A DNA stretch of 64,000 nucleotides, taken from the NCBI GenBank assembly GCA_035450185.1, contig DAOTMG010000010.1, positions 2,216-66,215 on the forward strand, given 5' to 3'. Positions 7,652 to 17,297 of the stretch are shown piece after piece (positions within the stretch are counted from its first letter, which is position 1; each line of letters opens with the position of its first letter). The stretch is from Syntrophales bacterium. Lineage in GTDB: Bacteria > Desulfobacterota > Syntrophia > Syntrophales > UBA2192. Made by a program: the position numbers and the translations under genes. The notes beneath the pieces were generated by a model, which saw only the letters and a list, made by a program, of their open reading frames with translations, was not told the DNA's origin and searched no databases.

Positions 7652-8887
7652 TCAGAATCCCTTCCGCGCGACCTGGGTGAGGTCCCACATCGGAAGGAAA
7701 ATGGCCAGGGCGAAAAAACCCACCACAGCGGCGAGTCCGACGACCAGAATCGGGCCGACGGCATCGGACAAACGCTGAACGGAATAGGCCACCTCGTCAT
7801 CATAGTGGGTCGAGACGGCCCGGAGCATTTCATCGAGCTGACCCGACTCTTCCCCGATGGCGACCATCTGGATCACCATGGGGGTAAAGTACTTCGCCAC
7901 ATTGAGGGGACCCGAAATGCCCCGCCCCTCCTCCACACGGTCCCGCACACGATCGAATTCCCTTGCGATGGCGGAATTGCCGATGGTCCCGGAGAGGATC
8001 TGCAGGGAGGTCATGACGGGAACGCCGCTCGACTGGAGGATGGAAAAAATGCTCGCAAAACGGGACATGGCCGCACGGACGAAGAGGGTGCCGATGAGCG
8101 GGATCCTGAGAATGAAGGCGTCCACCAGATACCGACCCTGAGGCGTTTTTAAAAACATCCGGATGCCCGTAATCCCGACGACGAGCAGGGCCAGGCAGAT
8201 ATACCAGTAGTTGCTGAGGATGGAATACAGCACCATGCTCACCTTCGTCGGCCAGGGCAGCTCGATGCCCGCCCTGGAGAAAATTGTCACGAACCGCGGG
8301 ATGACGAACGTGAGCAGAACAAAAAAGGCAATGCCCAGAGCGATGAGCACAATCATGGGGTATTGCATGGCCGAGCGGATATCCGATTTGATCTTGTGCT
8401 CGTGTTCCAGGATGTAAATCATCCGTTCCAGGACCTCGGGGATGTTGCCGCTTGTTTCACCGGCCTTGATCATGCTGCGGTAGAGGGGCGTGAAGGTGTC
8501 CGGGTGTTTTGCCAGGGCGTCCGAAAAGGTGGCGCCCTCCTGGATGTCGCCGGCGATCCCTGTCACGATCCTCTTCAGCTTCGGGTTCTGGGACTGATAA
8601 CCCAGGACCTCGAAGATCCGCATGATCGGCACACCCGCCCGGAACATGGTCCGGAACTGCTTGGTGAAGAGGATGAGCTCCGTCGGTTTAACGGCCGTCA
8701 GCCGGGCCTGGATCGGGGCAAGGGCCGTGCTCCCGCCGATGCCCTTCTCGGTCATTCTCCTGACTTTCGACGGGATGTAGCCGCGGGTGGCGAGCAGGGT
8801 ATTCGCCATTTCGACGGACTCCGCTTCGATGACTCCCGACAGGGCGGCACCGCTGTCCGAGATTGCTTCGTATGTGAATTTCGCCAT
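7652..8887 (-). CDS. pilC: type II secretion system F family / type IV pilus platform protein (PilC/MshG-like)
   Basis: 411 aa with two GspF-type repeats and three TM segments. Typical motifs include LxxGxxLSxALxxHPxxF (ATFSDALAKHPDTF) and the C-terminal FLPMWDL. Confidence 0.9.
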   Translation of the reverse strand: MAKFTYEAISDSGAALSGVIEAESVEMANTLLATRGYIPSKVRRMTEKGIGGSTALAPIQARLTAVKPTELILFTKQFRTMFRAGVPIMRIFEVLGYQSQNPKLKRIVTGIAGDIQEGATFSDALAKHPDTFTPLYRSMIKAGETSGNIPEVLERMIYILEHEHKIKSDIRSAMQYPMIVLIALGIAFFVLLTFVIPRFVTIFSRAGIELPWPTKVSMVLYSILSNYWYICLALLVVGITGIRMFLKTPQGRYLVDAFILRIPLIGTLFVRAAMSRFASIFSILQSSGVPVMTSLQILSGTIGNSAIAREFDRVRDRVEEGRGISGPLNVAKYFTPMVIQMVAIGEESGQLDEMLRAVSTHYDDEVAYSVQRLSDAVGPILVVGLAAVVGFFALAIFLPMWDLTQVARKGF

Positions 8888-8939
8888 GTGAAATCCTCTT
8901 GTCGTTGCGCCGGCACCCCGGCCCGTCGGCCCGATGCCG

Positions 8940-10655
8940 TTAGACCATCACCGCCGATGCCGCTTCCTCGAGCGTCGTGACCCCGTTGAGAACTTTGATC
9001 ACGGCATCCTCCTTCAGGCTCCGGAGCCTGCCGGCCTGCTTGGCCGCGCGGTTGATCTCCTGCGCCGAGGCCCCTCGGAGAATCATATCCTGCACCATGT
9101 CGTCATTCAGGAGGATCTCGAAGATTCCCGTTCGTCCCCTGTAACCCGTTCCCATGCAGGCGGGGCATCCCCGGCCGCGCTGGAACTGGCCCTCTTTCAC
9201 GCCGTTGAGGCCCCAGGCATCCATGACCTTGGGGTTGGGTTTGTAGGGTTCCTTGCAGTAGGTGCAGATGGTCCTCACGAGCCGCTGGGCGAAAGAGACC
9301 AGAAGAACCGACGAGACCAGAAACGGTTCGATCCCCATGTCGATGAGACGGGTAATCGCACCCGCCGAATCGTTGGTGTGAACGGTACTCAAAACCCTGT
9401 GACCCGTCAGGGCCGCCTGCACGGCGATCCCCGCCGTCTCGCCGTCGCGGATCTCGCCGACCATGATCACGTCCGGGTCCTGTCGGAGAATCGACCTCAA
9501 ACCGCTGGCAAAGGTCATCCCCGCTTTCCGATTCAGCTGCACCTGCCGGACCCGCTCGACCCGGTACTCCACCGGATCCTCCAGCGTGATGATGTGAATG
9601 TCCGGCCGATTGATCTCCTTGATGATGGCGTAGAGGCTCGTGCTCTTGCCACTGCCGGTAGGCCCCGTGCTGAGAATCATGCCGTAGGGCTTGTTGATAA
9701 TGGAATCGATCTTGTCCTTGTCGTCCCTGGACATGCCCAGCCGGTCCAGGGAGTAGACGCCGGCGCCCATATCGAGAAGCCTCAGAACCAGGTTCTCCCC
9801 GTAGATGGTCGGGATCGAGGAGACGCGGACGTTGATATCCTTATTTTCCATTTTGACGGTGAATCGCCCGTCCTGGGGGATTCTCGACGTGGCGATATCC
9901 ATGTTCGCCAGAATCTTGATCCTCGATATGATGGGCAGGAACATGGGTTTGGGCGGTGCGGGGACCTCGTGGAGCCTGCCGTCGATCCGGAACCGCACCT
10001 GTACGTTCTTCAACTGCGGGCTCAGATGGATATCGCTCGCCCCCTCGCGAACGGCCTGGGAGATGATGGAGTTGACCAGGCGAACGATCGGAGCCTCCTC
10101 GGCCATCCCCTGGAGAGAGCTCACCTGCAGGTCATCCGTCGCGGGGCCCGCGACGGTGTCGGCATCGGCGCCCGAATCAATCTTGAGTTCCTCGATGCTC
10201 TCCAGCACTCCGCCCAGTCCCGACTGCATGCCGTAGACCTGGCCGATGAGCTGGTTCAGTTCGCGCTCCGTGCAGACCACGGGCTCCACCTCGTGGTTGG
10301 TGAGCATTTCAATGGCGTCCTGGGCATTGATATCCACAGGGTCGATCATCGCGACGGTCAGGAGGTGCCCTTTTTTCTTGAGCGGTGCGACCTGGTACCG
10401 CTGCGCGATGTCCGAAGGAACTATCTGAACCAGGGTGATGTCCACGGGATATTTGTCCGGATGGTACTTTTCGATCTTCAGCTGCTGGCTGAGGACATCG
10501 ATGATCTGGTATTCGGTCAGGGTGCCCTGCTGGATGAGATATTTCCCCAGCTTGAGACCGGTCTTCTTGTGATCCGTCAGCGCCTGCCTAAGCTGATCGT
10601 CCGTCAACAGCTTGGCCTCTACGAGCATTTCCCCTAATTTTTTCCTGACTTTCAC
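8940..10655 (-). CDS. GspE/PilB-family secretion ATPase with N-terminal MshEN-type domain (MshE-like)
   Basis: Walker A GPTGSGKST, Asp box, Walker B, His box, and tetracysteine cluster CTYC...CPAC. The N-terminal 60 aa contain two tandem 24-residue MshEN-like motifs. Confidence 0.9.
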   Translation of the reverse strand: MKVRKKLGEMLVEAKLLTDDQLRQALTDHKKTGLKLGKYLIQQGTLTEYQIIDVLSQQLKIEKYHPDKYPVDITLVQIVPSDIAQRYQVAPLKKKGHLLTVAMIDPVDINAQDAIEMLTNHEVEPVVCTERELNQLIGQVYGMQSGLGGVLESIEELKIDSGADADTVAGPATDDLQVSSLQGMAEEAPIVRLVNSIISQAVREGASDIHLSPQLKNVQVRFRIDGRLHEVPAPPKPMFLPIISRIKILANMDIATSRIPQDGRFTVKMENKDINVRVSSIPTIYGENLVLRLLDMGAGVYSLDRLGMSRDDKDKIDSIINKPYGMILSTGPTGSGKSTSLYAIIKEINRPDIHIITLEDPVEYRVERVRQVQLNRKAGMTFASGLRSILRQDPDVIMVGEIRDGETAGIAVQAALTGHRVLSTVHTNDSAGAITRLIDMGIEPFLVSSVLLVSFAQRLVRTICTYCKEPYKPNPKVMDAWGLNGVKEGQFQRGRGCPACMGTGYRGRTGIFEILLNDDMVQDMILRGASAQEINRAAKQAGRLRSLKEDAVIKVLNGVTTLEEAASAVMV

Positions 10656-10680
10656 TGTCCCTACCTTCCCTCCCTTGCTT

Positions 10681-12315
10681 TCAGCCCAGATCGGCGAAAA
10701 AGACGGTCCCCTCGCCCCACTCGCTGACGATCCTGGCGGAAGAGGAGATCTTCCGGGGAAGATCTCTCATCGCCTTCCGGGCGGATTTTTCGTGGTTGAA
10801 GCCTTCTTTCAGCAGGATGGAAAACCTCAAGCCCCCCCCGGGATTCCAGAAAGGAAGGATCCGGGTCGGGGCGACACGGATCGTGTAATGCCGGATGTAT
10901 TCATAGGCATCTTCCAGCGTGTCCATCTCCGCGAGCTGCACCCAGTACGCGGCATGCTGGTCGGGCCTGGAAGAGGCGGGGAGGGCCGGGAAGCGAATCA
11001 CGTCTCCGGCCTTCACGGTTTTCATGCTCTTGATTTTCCCGTTGGCCTTCGCAAGGCTTTCGAAATGCATCTCCGCAGAGGACCCGTAGAGCTGCTCGAG
11101 AACCTGCCGGAAGGAATCCCTCTTTTGAATGGTCAGCCGGCCCAGCCATTCGGGGACACCTTTTTCCTGAGCCGATTCCACCGATGGGGGAATGGGAACG
11201 GGCGGCACGTCCACCGTCAGTCCGGGTGACGGCCCGGGCGTCGCCTGGCTCGAACGTTCCAGAGAAGCCTGTTGCATCTCCTGCCCGGCCGGCACCGGGG
11301 ACGGGACCGCCGACGCGGCGACCGAAACGGGCTGGGTCGTCTCGTCGTTCTGCCATGCCGGGATGCCTGACCGGCTGAGGGCCTGGGTGAGCCAGGCAGA
11401 GGGTTTCTCGAAGGTCAAACCCAGGATGAGCGCCGCAACAGCGATTCCGGAGGGGGCGAGGATGAGCCGCCACGTTCTGACGACGGGTCTCCGCGGCGCC
11501 GTGTCTCTCAGACAGGTGCGTACGAGCGTCCAGTCGGCCCGTTTCCGGTCCTGGACGATCATCTTGAGCAGAATCTGGTGACCGAGCATCATGATTTTTC
11601 TCGGATACCCGCCGGTGGCCCTGTAGATCGCCCAGAGCGCGGGCGCCGTGAATAGAACCGGGTTCTTCCCCGCCTCGCTGACCCGCTCGATACGGAAACG
11701 GATCATGGCCCGGGTCTGGCTGAAGTTCAACGGCTTCATGACATAGTGGAAATTCACACGGTCGGCGAATCCCGCGTGCTCTTCCAGGATCCTCTTGAAT
11801 TCCCTCTGGGCAAAAAGGACGATCTGGAGGAGCTTGGCGGTGTTGGTTTCGTAGTTCAAAAATTCCCTCAGGAGTTCAACGCAGAAAGGCGGGAGTTTTT
11901 GCCCCTCGTCGATGATGAGGACGATGATCCTGTCTTTGTGAATCCCCTGGTGGAAGAGATAATCCTTGATGTTCTCCTTGAGCTGCCACTCGCTGGAAGC
12001 CGCCTCGCTCGTGTAGACCCTGAACATCCTGGCGACGGCGACCAGGAATTCGAGGGCGCTGCTGAAATCAGGATCGAGAAGGAGATACAGCTTGACGTTC
12101 CCTTCGCCGCGGAACTTGCGAATGAGCATCCTCGAGAGGGTGGTCTTGCCCGTCCCGACGTCACCGACGACGACGCTGAGCCCCCGGCGGAGCCGGATCG
12201 AGATTTCGAGCTTCTGCAGGCACTGGACGTACTGAGGGGCTTGATAGAAAAGGTCGGGCTCGGGCGAGTTGGAGAAGGGCTCGCTATTCAGTTCTAACAG
12301 CCTGTAGTAACTCAT
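10681..12315 (-). CDS. ExeA/GspA/MshM-like AAA ATPase with TM segment and periplasmic LysM-like plus SPOR-like C-terminus
   Basis: MSYYRLLELNSEPFSNSPEPDLFYQ...VVVGDVGTGKTTL (ExeA-type N-terminus and Walker A), Walker B IVLIIDEGQ, TM WRLILAPSGIAVAALILGLTF. ATG 12315 sits 4 nt after the secretin stop. The tracked 603-aa ORF start overlaps the secretin gene. Confidence 0.75.
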   Translation of the reverse strand: MSYYRLLELNSEPFSNSPEPDLFYQAPQYVQCLQKLEISIRLRRGLSVVVGDVGTGKTTLSRMLIRKFRGEGNVKLYLLLDPDFSSALEFLVAVARMFRVYTSEAASSEWQLKENIKDYLFHQGIHKDRIIVLIIDEGQKLPPFCVELLREFLNYETNTAKLLQIVLFAQREFKRILEEHAGFADRVNFHYVMKPLNFSQTRAMIRFRIERVSEAGKNPVLFTAPALWAIYRATGGYPRKIMMLGHQILLKMIVQDRKRADWTLVRTCLRDTAPRRPVVRTWRLILAPSGIAVAALILGLTFEKPSAWLTQALSRSGIPAWQNDETTQPVSVAASAVPSPVPAGQEMQQASLERSSQATPGPSPGLTVDVPPVPIPPSVESAQEKGVPEWLGRLTIQKRDSFRQVLEQLYGSSAEMHFESLAKANGKIKSMKTVKAGDVIRFPALPASSRPDQHAAYWVQLAEMDTLEDAYEYIRHYTIRVAPTRILPFWNPGGGLRFSILLKEGFNHEKSARKAMRDLPRKISSSARIVSEWGEGTVFFADLG

Positions 12316-12319
12316 TCCT

Positions 12320-13972
12320 CTACTTTCCCGGAGTCTCACCGGAGTTCGCCGGGTTTTCCGGCAGGGGCGACTGTTCCGCCGGCGCAGGCGGAGCTCCGGT
12401 TTCCCCGGACTCGCCCGCGACCTGCATCTTGAGGATGTGGGGCGTGATGAACACGAGGACTTCCTGGAACAATCTGCCCGTGCTATCCGCACCGAAGAGC
12501 CACCCGAGACCCGGGACGTCCTTCAGACCCGGCAGCCCGGTGTTGCTCAAGGTCGTGCTCTGTTTCGTGAGACCGGATATGACGATCGTCTCGCCGTCCT
12601 GCACGATGAGGGTGCTCTCCGTCTGCTTCTTGATGATGTAGGGGTTCCCCTGGACGGTCCGCGTGGTGTCCACCTCGTCCTTCTTCACCTTGATCTTCAT
12701 CTTCAGGTTCTTGCCGTCGATCACGTGCGGCGTGACCTCGAGCCGCAGCACGGCGTCCTCGAACTTCACCTCCTGCGTGACCTGACCCCCGGTCGACGTG
12801 GTGGCCACGTAGGGCACCCGCTCGCCGTTCTCCGTGTAAGCCGTCTGGTTGTCGAGTGTCGTGATGGAGGGGCTCGAAAGGATGTTCACCTTGCCGTCCC
12901 GCTGGAGGGCCTGCAGCTGGACCTCGAGGAAACTGCCCCCGATCGTCCCGAAGAGAAGCCCCAGGGAACCCGACCCGCCCGCCGCGGAGATCTTCGTCGG
13001 ATCGATGGGGAAGTTCACACCCATCCCCTGACCGCCGATGCCGGTGGACCCCATCGTCGGGGTGTAGGCGCCGGTAAAGGGGCTTGCCGTGGTCGTCCCC
13101 GCGCTGCCTCCGGGCGTGATGAAGTACTGGTTGCGGTTGGCGGTATTCCCATAAATACCGCCCCACATCACACCGAGATCGCGGGCCGTGTCCTTCGTGG
13201 CCTCGACGATGTTGGCCTTGATGGCGATCTGCGGTATGGGTTTATCGAGCTTCTCGAGCATGGGTTTGATCCGCTCCAGGTCCTCCCGGGTGGCCTGGAT
13301 AATGAGAGCGTTTGTGTGTTCGTCCACGCTGACGGACCCGCGGGCCTTACCGTCCCTGTCCTTCGCCAGCAATTCTTTGGCGCTCTCCTTCAGCTTGTTG
13401 GCATCGGCAAAATCCACATTCACAATCATGGTAACGAGTTTCTGCGACCGCCTCCTGTCCACGGTGGTCGCCAGCCGGATGTCGTGTTCCATGTCCTCCA
13501 GGGCCATCACCCGGATGATATTCCCTTCCCAGGTGTAGACCAGCCCGTTGGTCCTCAGGATGCCCTTGAACGCCTCGTCCCAGGGTTCGTTGTTGATGTG
13601 GATACTGCTCTGACCCTTGACGCCGGACTTGATCAGGATGTTCTGGTTGGCCGCCTGCGCCATGGCCCGAAGGATGACGTTGATGTCCACGTTGTGCATC
13701 CGGAGGGTGACCCTCTTGGTGGGAAGAGGTCTTTCCCTTGTGGCCGTGACCTGCGCCTCCGCGATCTCATCGGGGCCCATGGGCGGTGTCTCGATCACCC
13801 GGGCCCTGGCCGTCGGCGAATGTCCCTTGGATTCCTCGGCCAGCGTGCCCCACTTTTCAAAGAAGGGATCTTTCTTGACTTCCGTGCCCGGGGAAGAACA
13901 GGAAATCATGAGACCCAGGCCGAGAATCAAAACCCGGCACCAGGCTCCCTTGTTCAGTCTTTTCAAGTTCAA
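12320..13972 (-). CDS. pilQ: type IV pilus / MSHA-type secretin lipoprotein (PilQ/MshL-like)
   Basis: Lipobox LMISC|S near the N-terminus, secretin N-domains, and a C-terminal secretin domain (GETIVISGL...LPGLKDVPGLGWLFG...LVFITPHIL). Confidence 0.85.
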   Translation of the reverse strand: MNLKRLNKGAWCRVLILGLGLMISCSSPGTEVKKDPFFEKWGTLAEESKGHSPTARARVIETPPMGPDEIAEAQVTATRERPLPTKRVTLRMHNVDINVILRAMAQAANQNILIKSGVKGQSSIHINNEPWDEAFKGILRTNGLVYTWEGNIIRVMALEDMEHDIRLATTVDRRRSQKLVTMIVNVDFADANKLKESAKELLAKDRDGKARGSVSVDEHTNALIIQATREDLERIKPMLEKLDKPIPQIAIKANIVEATKDTARDLGVMWGGIYGNTANRNQYFITPGGSAGTTTASPFTGAYTPTMGSTGIGGQGMGVNFPIDPTKISAAGGSGSLGLLFGTIGGSFLEVQLQALQRDGKVNILSSPSITTLDNQTAYTENGERVPYVATTSTGGQVTQEVKFEDAVLRLEVTPHVIDGKNLKMKIKVKKDEVDTTRTVQGNPYIIKKQTESTLIVQDGETIVISGLTKQSTTLSNTGLPGLKDVPGLGWLFGADSTGRLFQEVLVFITPHILKMQVAGESGETGAPPAPAEQSPLPENPANSGETPGK

Positions 13973-13983
13973 GGCTCTTCTCC

Positions 13984-14481
13984 TTAAAAAATCTCCTCCT
14001 TCAGAGGAATGGTGAGATTGGTGCTCTGCTCCCTGTCCACGATGACGACCCTGGTCGAATCGATCTGCTTTACATAATAGGCCCCCGCCGTTTCCAGCCT
14101 GTCGCCGATCTCATAAGGGTTCCCGTTGATGACGGCGATCCGCTTCGTCCCCAGATCCACGTAACCGGAGTAGACGATCTCCGGCCCTTTCGCCGGGCCC
14201 GCGGGCTTGTCTTTCGCCGAGACGAAAACCCCCTTGAAGAAAGGATCCGCCTCCCAGTTGGATTCCGCCCGGGCGATGACATAGGCGTCCGGCCCCGTCG
14301 TGTCGTCCTGCTTCAGGTTGGCGGCGAGTTCCGTCATCATTTTCGCCGAATCGACGGAACTGCCCCCTTTCACGGCCACGGTGGGGGTGCCCGGCCCCGA
14401 GAACAAAAAATAATACACGGCATACAGGATGACCGCACCCATGATGCCCAGAATGATTTTTTCGCGTTTTTTTAATTCCAT
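13984..14481 (-). CDS. PilP/GspC/MshK-like pilus assembly protein (single N-terminal TM)
   Basis: 165 aa. N-terminal TM IILGIMGAVILYAVYYFLF. The C-terminal beta-rich segment YSGYVDLGTKRIAVINGNPYEIGDRL...VKQIDSTRVVI resembles PilP/GspC HR domains. It sits between the pilO and secretin genes. Confidence 0.4.
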   Translation of the reverse strand: MELKKREKIILGIMGAVILYAVYYFLFSGPGTPTVAVKGGSSVDSAKMMTELAANLKQDDTTGPDAYVIARAESNWEADPFFKGVFVSAKDKPAGPAKGPEIVYSGYVDLGTKRIAVINGNPYEIGDRLETAGAYYVKQIDSTRVVIVDREQSTNLTIPLKEEIF

Positions 14482-14546
14482 ACAGCCCTGAGACGATGGG
14501 GGGACTCCGATCCCCCTTTGACATCAACGCTCCACATCCCGATCCC

Positions 14547-15080
14547 TCACCCCACGGCCACCCAGAGTTTCAGGCGGAACTCCTTGCCGCCCGGTATCGT
14601 CTGTATCTGGATCTCTCCGAGATGCGCCAGGGAGGGAACGTTTCCGAGGGCGATCAGATAATTCCGGAAATTTTGAAAATCACCCTTCAAGGCCGCGTTG
14701 ACCACCATAAGCCCCGTCCCGCCGGAAAGCGAATTGATGTCCGGGGTCATCGATACGACCTCGAGCCGGGCTTCTCTCGCCAGGTCCCCGAAGATGGTCG
14801 TGATCTGTTCGTGCTGTTCCTTCGGCAACTGAACTCGGGCGGGGCAGGGTAACTGCTTCTTCGTCTTGATCTGGATCTTTTCGATCTGCTCCCTGTACAG
14901 CGGCGCCATGATACGCTGTTCCTCGATATCGGCCTTGACGGCCCTGATGTCGCGGTCCAGTTCGTTGAGGGACCGGTAATTGTAGAAACCGATGAGGCCG
15001 AAAACCAGGATGACGAACGCCCCGACGATCAGGTACGACAGGCTTCCTTTCAACGCTTCAAGTATTTCCTTGGGATTCAT
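14547..15080 (-). CDS. pilO: PilO/MshJ-like pilus biogenesis protein
   Basis: 177 aa. N-terminal TM LSYLIVGAFVILVFGLIGF followed by a coiled coil and a ferredoxin-like C-terminus. It lies immediately after the pilM-N fusion. Confidence 0.6.
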   Translation of the reverse strand: MNPKEILEALKGSLSYLIVGAFVILVFGLIGFYNYRSLNELDRDIRAVKADIEEQRIMAPLYREQIEKIQIKTKKQLPCPARVQLPKEQHEQITTIFGDLAREARLEVVSMTPDINSLSGGTGLMVVNAALKGDFQNFRNYLIALGNVPSLAHLGEIQIQTIPGGKEFRLKLWVAVG

Positions 15081-15088
15081 GGGTCGAC

Positions 15089-16993
15089 CTACAGCATCTT
15101 GATGGACAGACTGAATCGCAGAACTTCGTTCTGCCCGCGTGTCACCTGATACGCTTCGACATTACTGCTCTGCACCCTTGTTTCCTTGAAGAGCGGGGAA
15201 CTCTGCAACTTGAGCACGTAGGAGGAAAGGAGGCTTTCCAGCCTGCCCCGCTCCCCCAGGACGACCCCCTCGATTTCCAGGTGTCTCGACGTCCGGCCTG
15301 CCTCTTTGTCCCCTTCTTTCCTGGGGGCAGCCTCCGGGTTTTTCGGGGCCGTGACCGGTGTCAGGTCGGTTCTCATTTTCAGCAACCGGATATGGGAAGG
15401 GGTCAGTGCCGAAAGTTCGCTGATGACGGCCATCCCGAGATACCTTTCACTGTAGTTCCGGGTAATGCGCTGTTCCTCCTTGACCTTGGTGGCGATCTGG
15501 AGGATGAAGTTTTTGTCGATCCTCGGATTGTATCGATCCAGTTCCTTCCGGAGGCCTTCATAGGTCGCTTTTTTCTGGTCCGCCAGATGGACCTGCCAGT
15601 AAAAAACGCTCGTTCCGACGAGAATGAAAAACAGGATCCCCAGCATGATGATGCGGTTGACGCGGACCGTCCGGACCAGTTTCTCCTTGGCCTTGTAGGT
15701 AAAGGTCACGTTGGGTGTGCGCTCGTTGTCCGACAGGGCCAGCCCCACTGCCGGCGCAAAGGCGACCCGCTCGGACAGGGAGGTCGGAGGGGCGATATCG
15801 TAGACGGAGGGATGATCGGGGGACAGGGGATCCATGATGCCGCTTTCGATGCCCAGTTGGTCGCCGATATAGTCGACCAGCGGCCGGTAGCCGTCAATGA
15901 CGCCGGCGATGTAGATCTTGCCGACCCTCTCCGCCCCGACGTTGGCAAAGGTCCGCTCTACCTGCCTGACCAGCCGCTCGAGGGCCGGCAGGACCATGGA
16001 GAAGATTTCCTCTTCCTTGAGCTCATGGCCGAAGTCCTCGCGGGTCAGGGGGGGGGCGTTGGGGTTGAGGCTCAGCAGGAGCTTATGGGCCTGCTCCGTC
16101 GTCAAGCCCCGGTCGGTTTCCGTTGCAGACGCCCTGTCTGCCGGGGATCTTCTCTTCTTCTCGGTGTGACTCTCGATGAGAGCTTCCACCATGCTGCTGA
16201 GGCCCGCCTTGATTCCGCGGGTGAGGATCAGGCTTCCCTTGGAATAGAGGTCGATACGGGTCCAGTCCCGGCCGATATAAAGGCTTGCCGTCACATCCCC
16301 CACCACGGGCACCCAGCCGGTACGGAAGAGGTTCTGTATGGCGAAGGGGGCGATGGTGATCCCGGCCAGCTGGTAGCCCGCATCGGAAAAGAGATCCTGC
16401 ACCGCCTGCACCTCAGACCGGGGGGTCGTGTACACCATGACGGAGGTCTTCTGGACGCCCAGCTCGTTGATATCCCCCTGGACGTCGAAATCGAGGATGG
16501 TTTCACTGTCCTCGAAGGTCACTTCCTTCTTCACGGTCCAGTAGACCGCGTTTTCGACCTGCTTCTTGGGGACTTTCGGAATCTTGATGAACCGGACATC
16601 CACCTTGGACGCGGGGATGAGTGACCAGATTTTCAGACGCTTTGAGGTGCCGCAGAACTTGTTGAGCTCCGATTTGATAAAGCCCGTGAACTCAAAGGAG
16701 CCGGCTGACGCTTTCGGGAGCGGCACGGACCTGTAGTCGAGCAGCTTCCACTGCTTATCGGCAATCTCCTGGATTTTGACCATCAGAAGATCCTGGTAGC
16801 CGATATCGACACCGATGGTCACTTTCGATTCAAAAGGTTTGAAACGGAAAACCGTGAGGGAGGGTCTCTTACGCTTGACCTTGATCACGTCATTCGTCTT
16901 CTCGCCGCCGAAGCCGCCGGACACCTTTTTGCCGCGAATAATATCCAGCAGCTTCTCTGTGGCGTTGATTTCCCGGTCCGATTTCATCATCAT
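15089..16993 (-). CDS. PilM-PilN fusion protein (MshI-like): actin-like ATPase domain, TM helix, PilN-like domain
   Basis: 634 aa. The N-terminal approx 430 aa are PilM-like (TIGVDIGYQDLLMV..., IYIAGVIDGY). TM is IIMLGILFFILVGTSVFYW. The C-terminal approx 170 aa form a coiled coil plus PilN-like fold. Confidence 0.75.
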   Translation of the reverse strand: MMMKSDREINATEKLLDIIRGKKVSGGFGGEKTNDVIKVKRKRPSLTVFRFKPFESKVTIGVDIGYQDLLMVKIQEIADKQWKLLDYRSVPLPKASAGSFEFTGFIKSELNKFCGTSKRLKIWSLIPASKVDVRFIKIPKVPKKQVENAVYWTVKKEVTFEDSETILDFDVQGDINELGVQKTSVMVYTTPRSEVQAVQDLFSDAGYQLAGITIAPFAIQNLFRTGWVPVVGDVTASLYIGRDWTRIDLYSKGSLILTRGIKAGLSSMVEALIESHTEKKRRSPADRASATETDRGLTTEQAHKLLLSLNPNAPPLTREDFGHELKEEEIFSMVLPALERLVRQVERTFANVGAERVGKIYIAGVIDGYRPLVDYIGDQLGIESGIMDPLSPDHPSVYDIAPPTSLSERVAFAPAVGLALSDNERTPNVTFTYKAKEKLVRTVRVNRIIMLGILFFILVGTSVFYWQVHLADQKKATYEGLRKELDRYNPRIDKNFILQIATKVKEEQRITRNYSERYLGMAVISELSALTPSHIRLLKMRTDLTPVTAPKNPEAAPRKEGDKEAGRTSRHLEIEGVVLGERGRLESLLSSYVLKLQSSPLFKETRVQSSNVEAYQVTRGQNEVLRFSLSIKML

Positions 16994-17297
16994 CCCGATA
17001 CGGTCAATGTCCTCTCAGACAACGGCCACTCCCGCCCTTCGTCGACGAATACTTGAATTGGATCGGAGCAACAAAATATGAAAATGTCCAAAATATTGGA
17101 AAACATTATCTAATTAATCTAATTTGTCAAGAATTTTTAAAGAGGCACCCATTTCTCAACGACTGTTCACACCTCATCGCTGTGCTCACAAGGGCGAAAC
17201 GAAAAACCTCAAGAAATTATGAACGCTTTCAGCTCTCCAATCTTGAAGCCGGCGACTCCAATTTTTGAAGAGAAAATTCAGATGTCGAAAGAAGATA

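Noticed and set aside
16048-16056. A G9 run (C9 on the coding strand, NAPPLT) inside the pilMN gene, and a C8 run at 47308-47315 before rsmB, as possible phase-variation tracts.
   Set aside because: By a rough estimate, runs of 8-9 G/C are expected about once or twice by chance in 64 kb at this composition. Only the G11 tract at 1403-1413 stands out enough to report.
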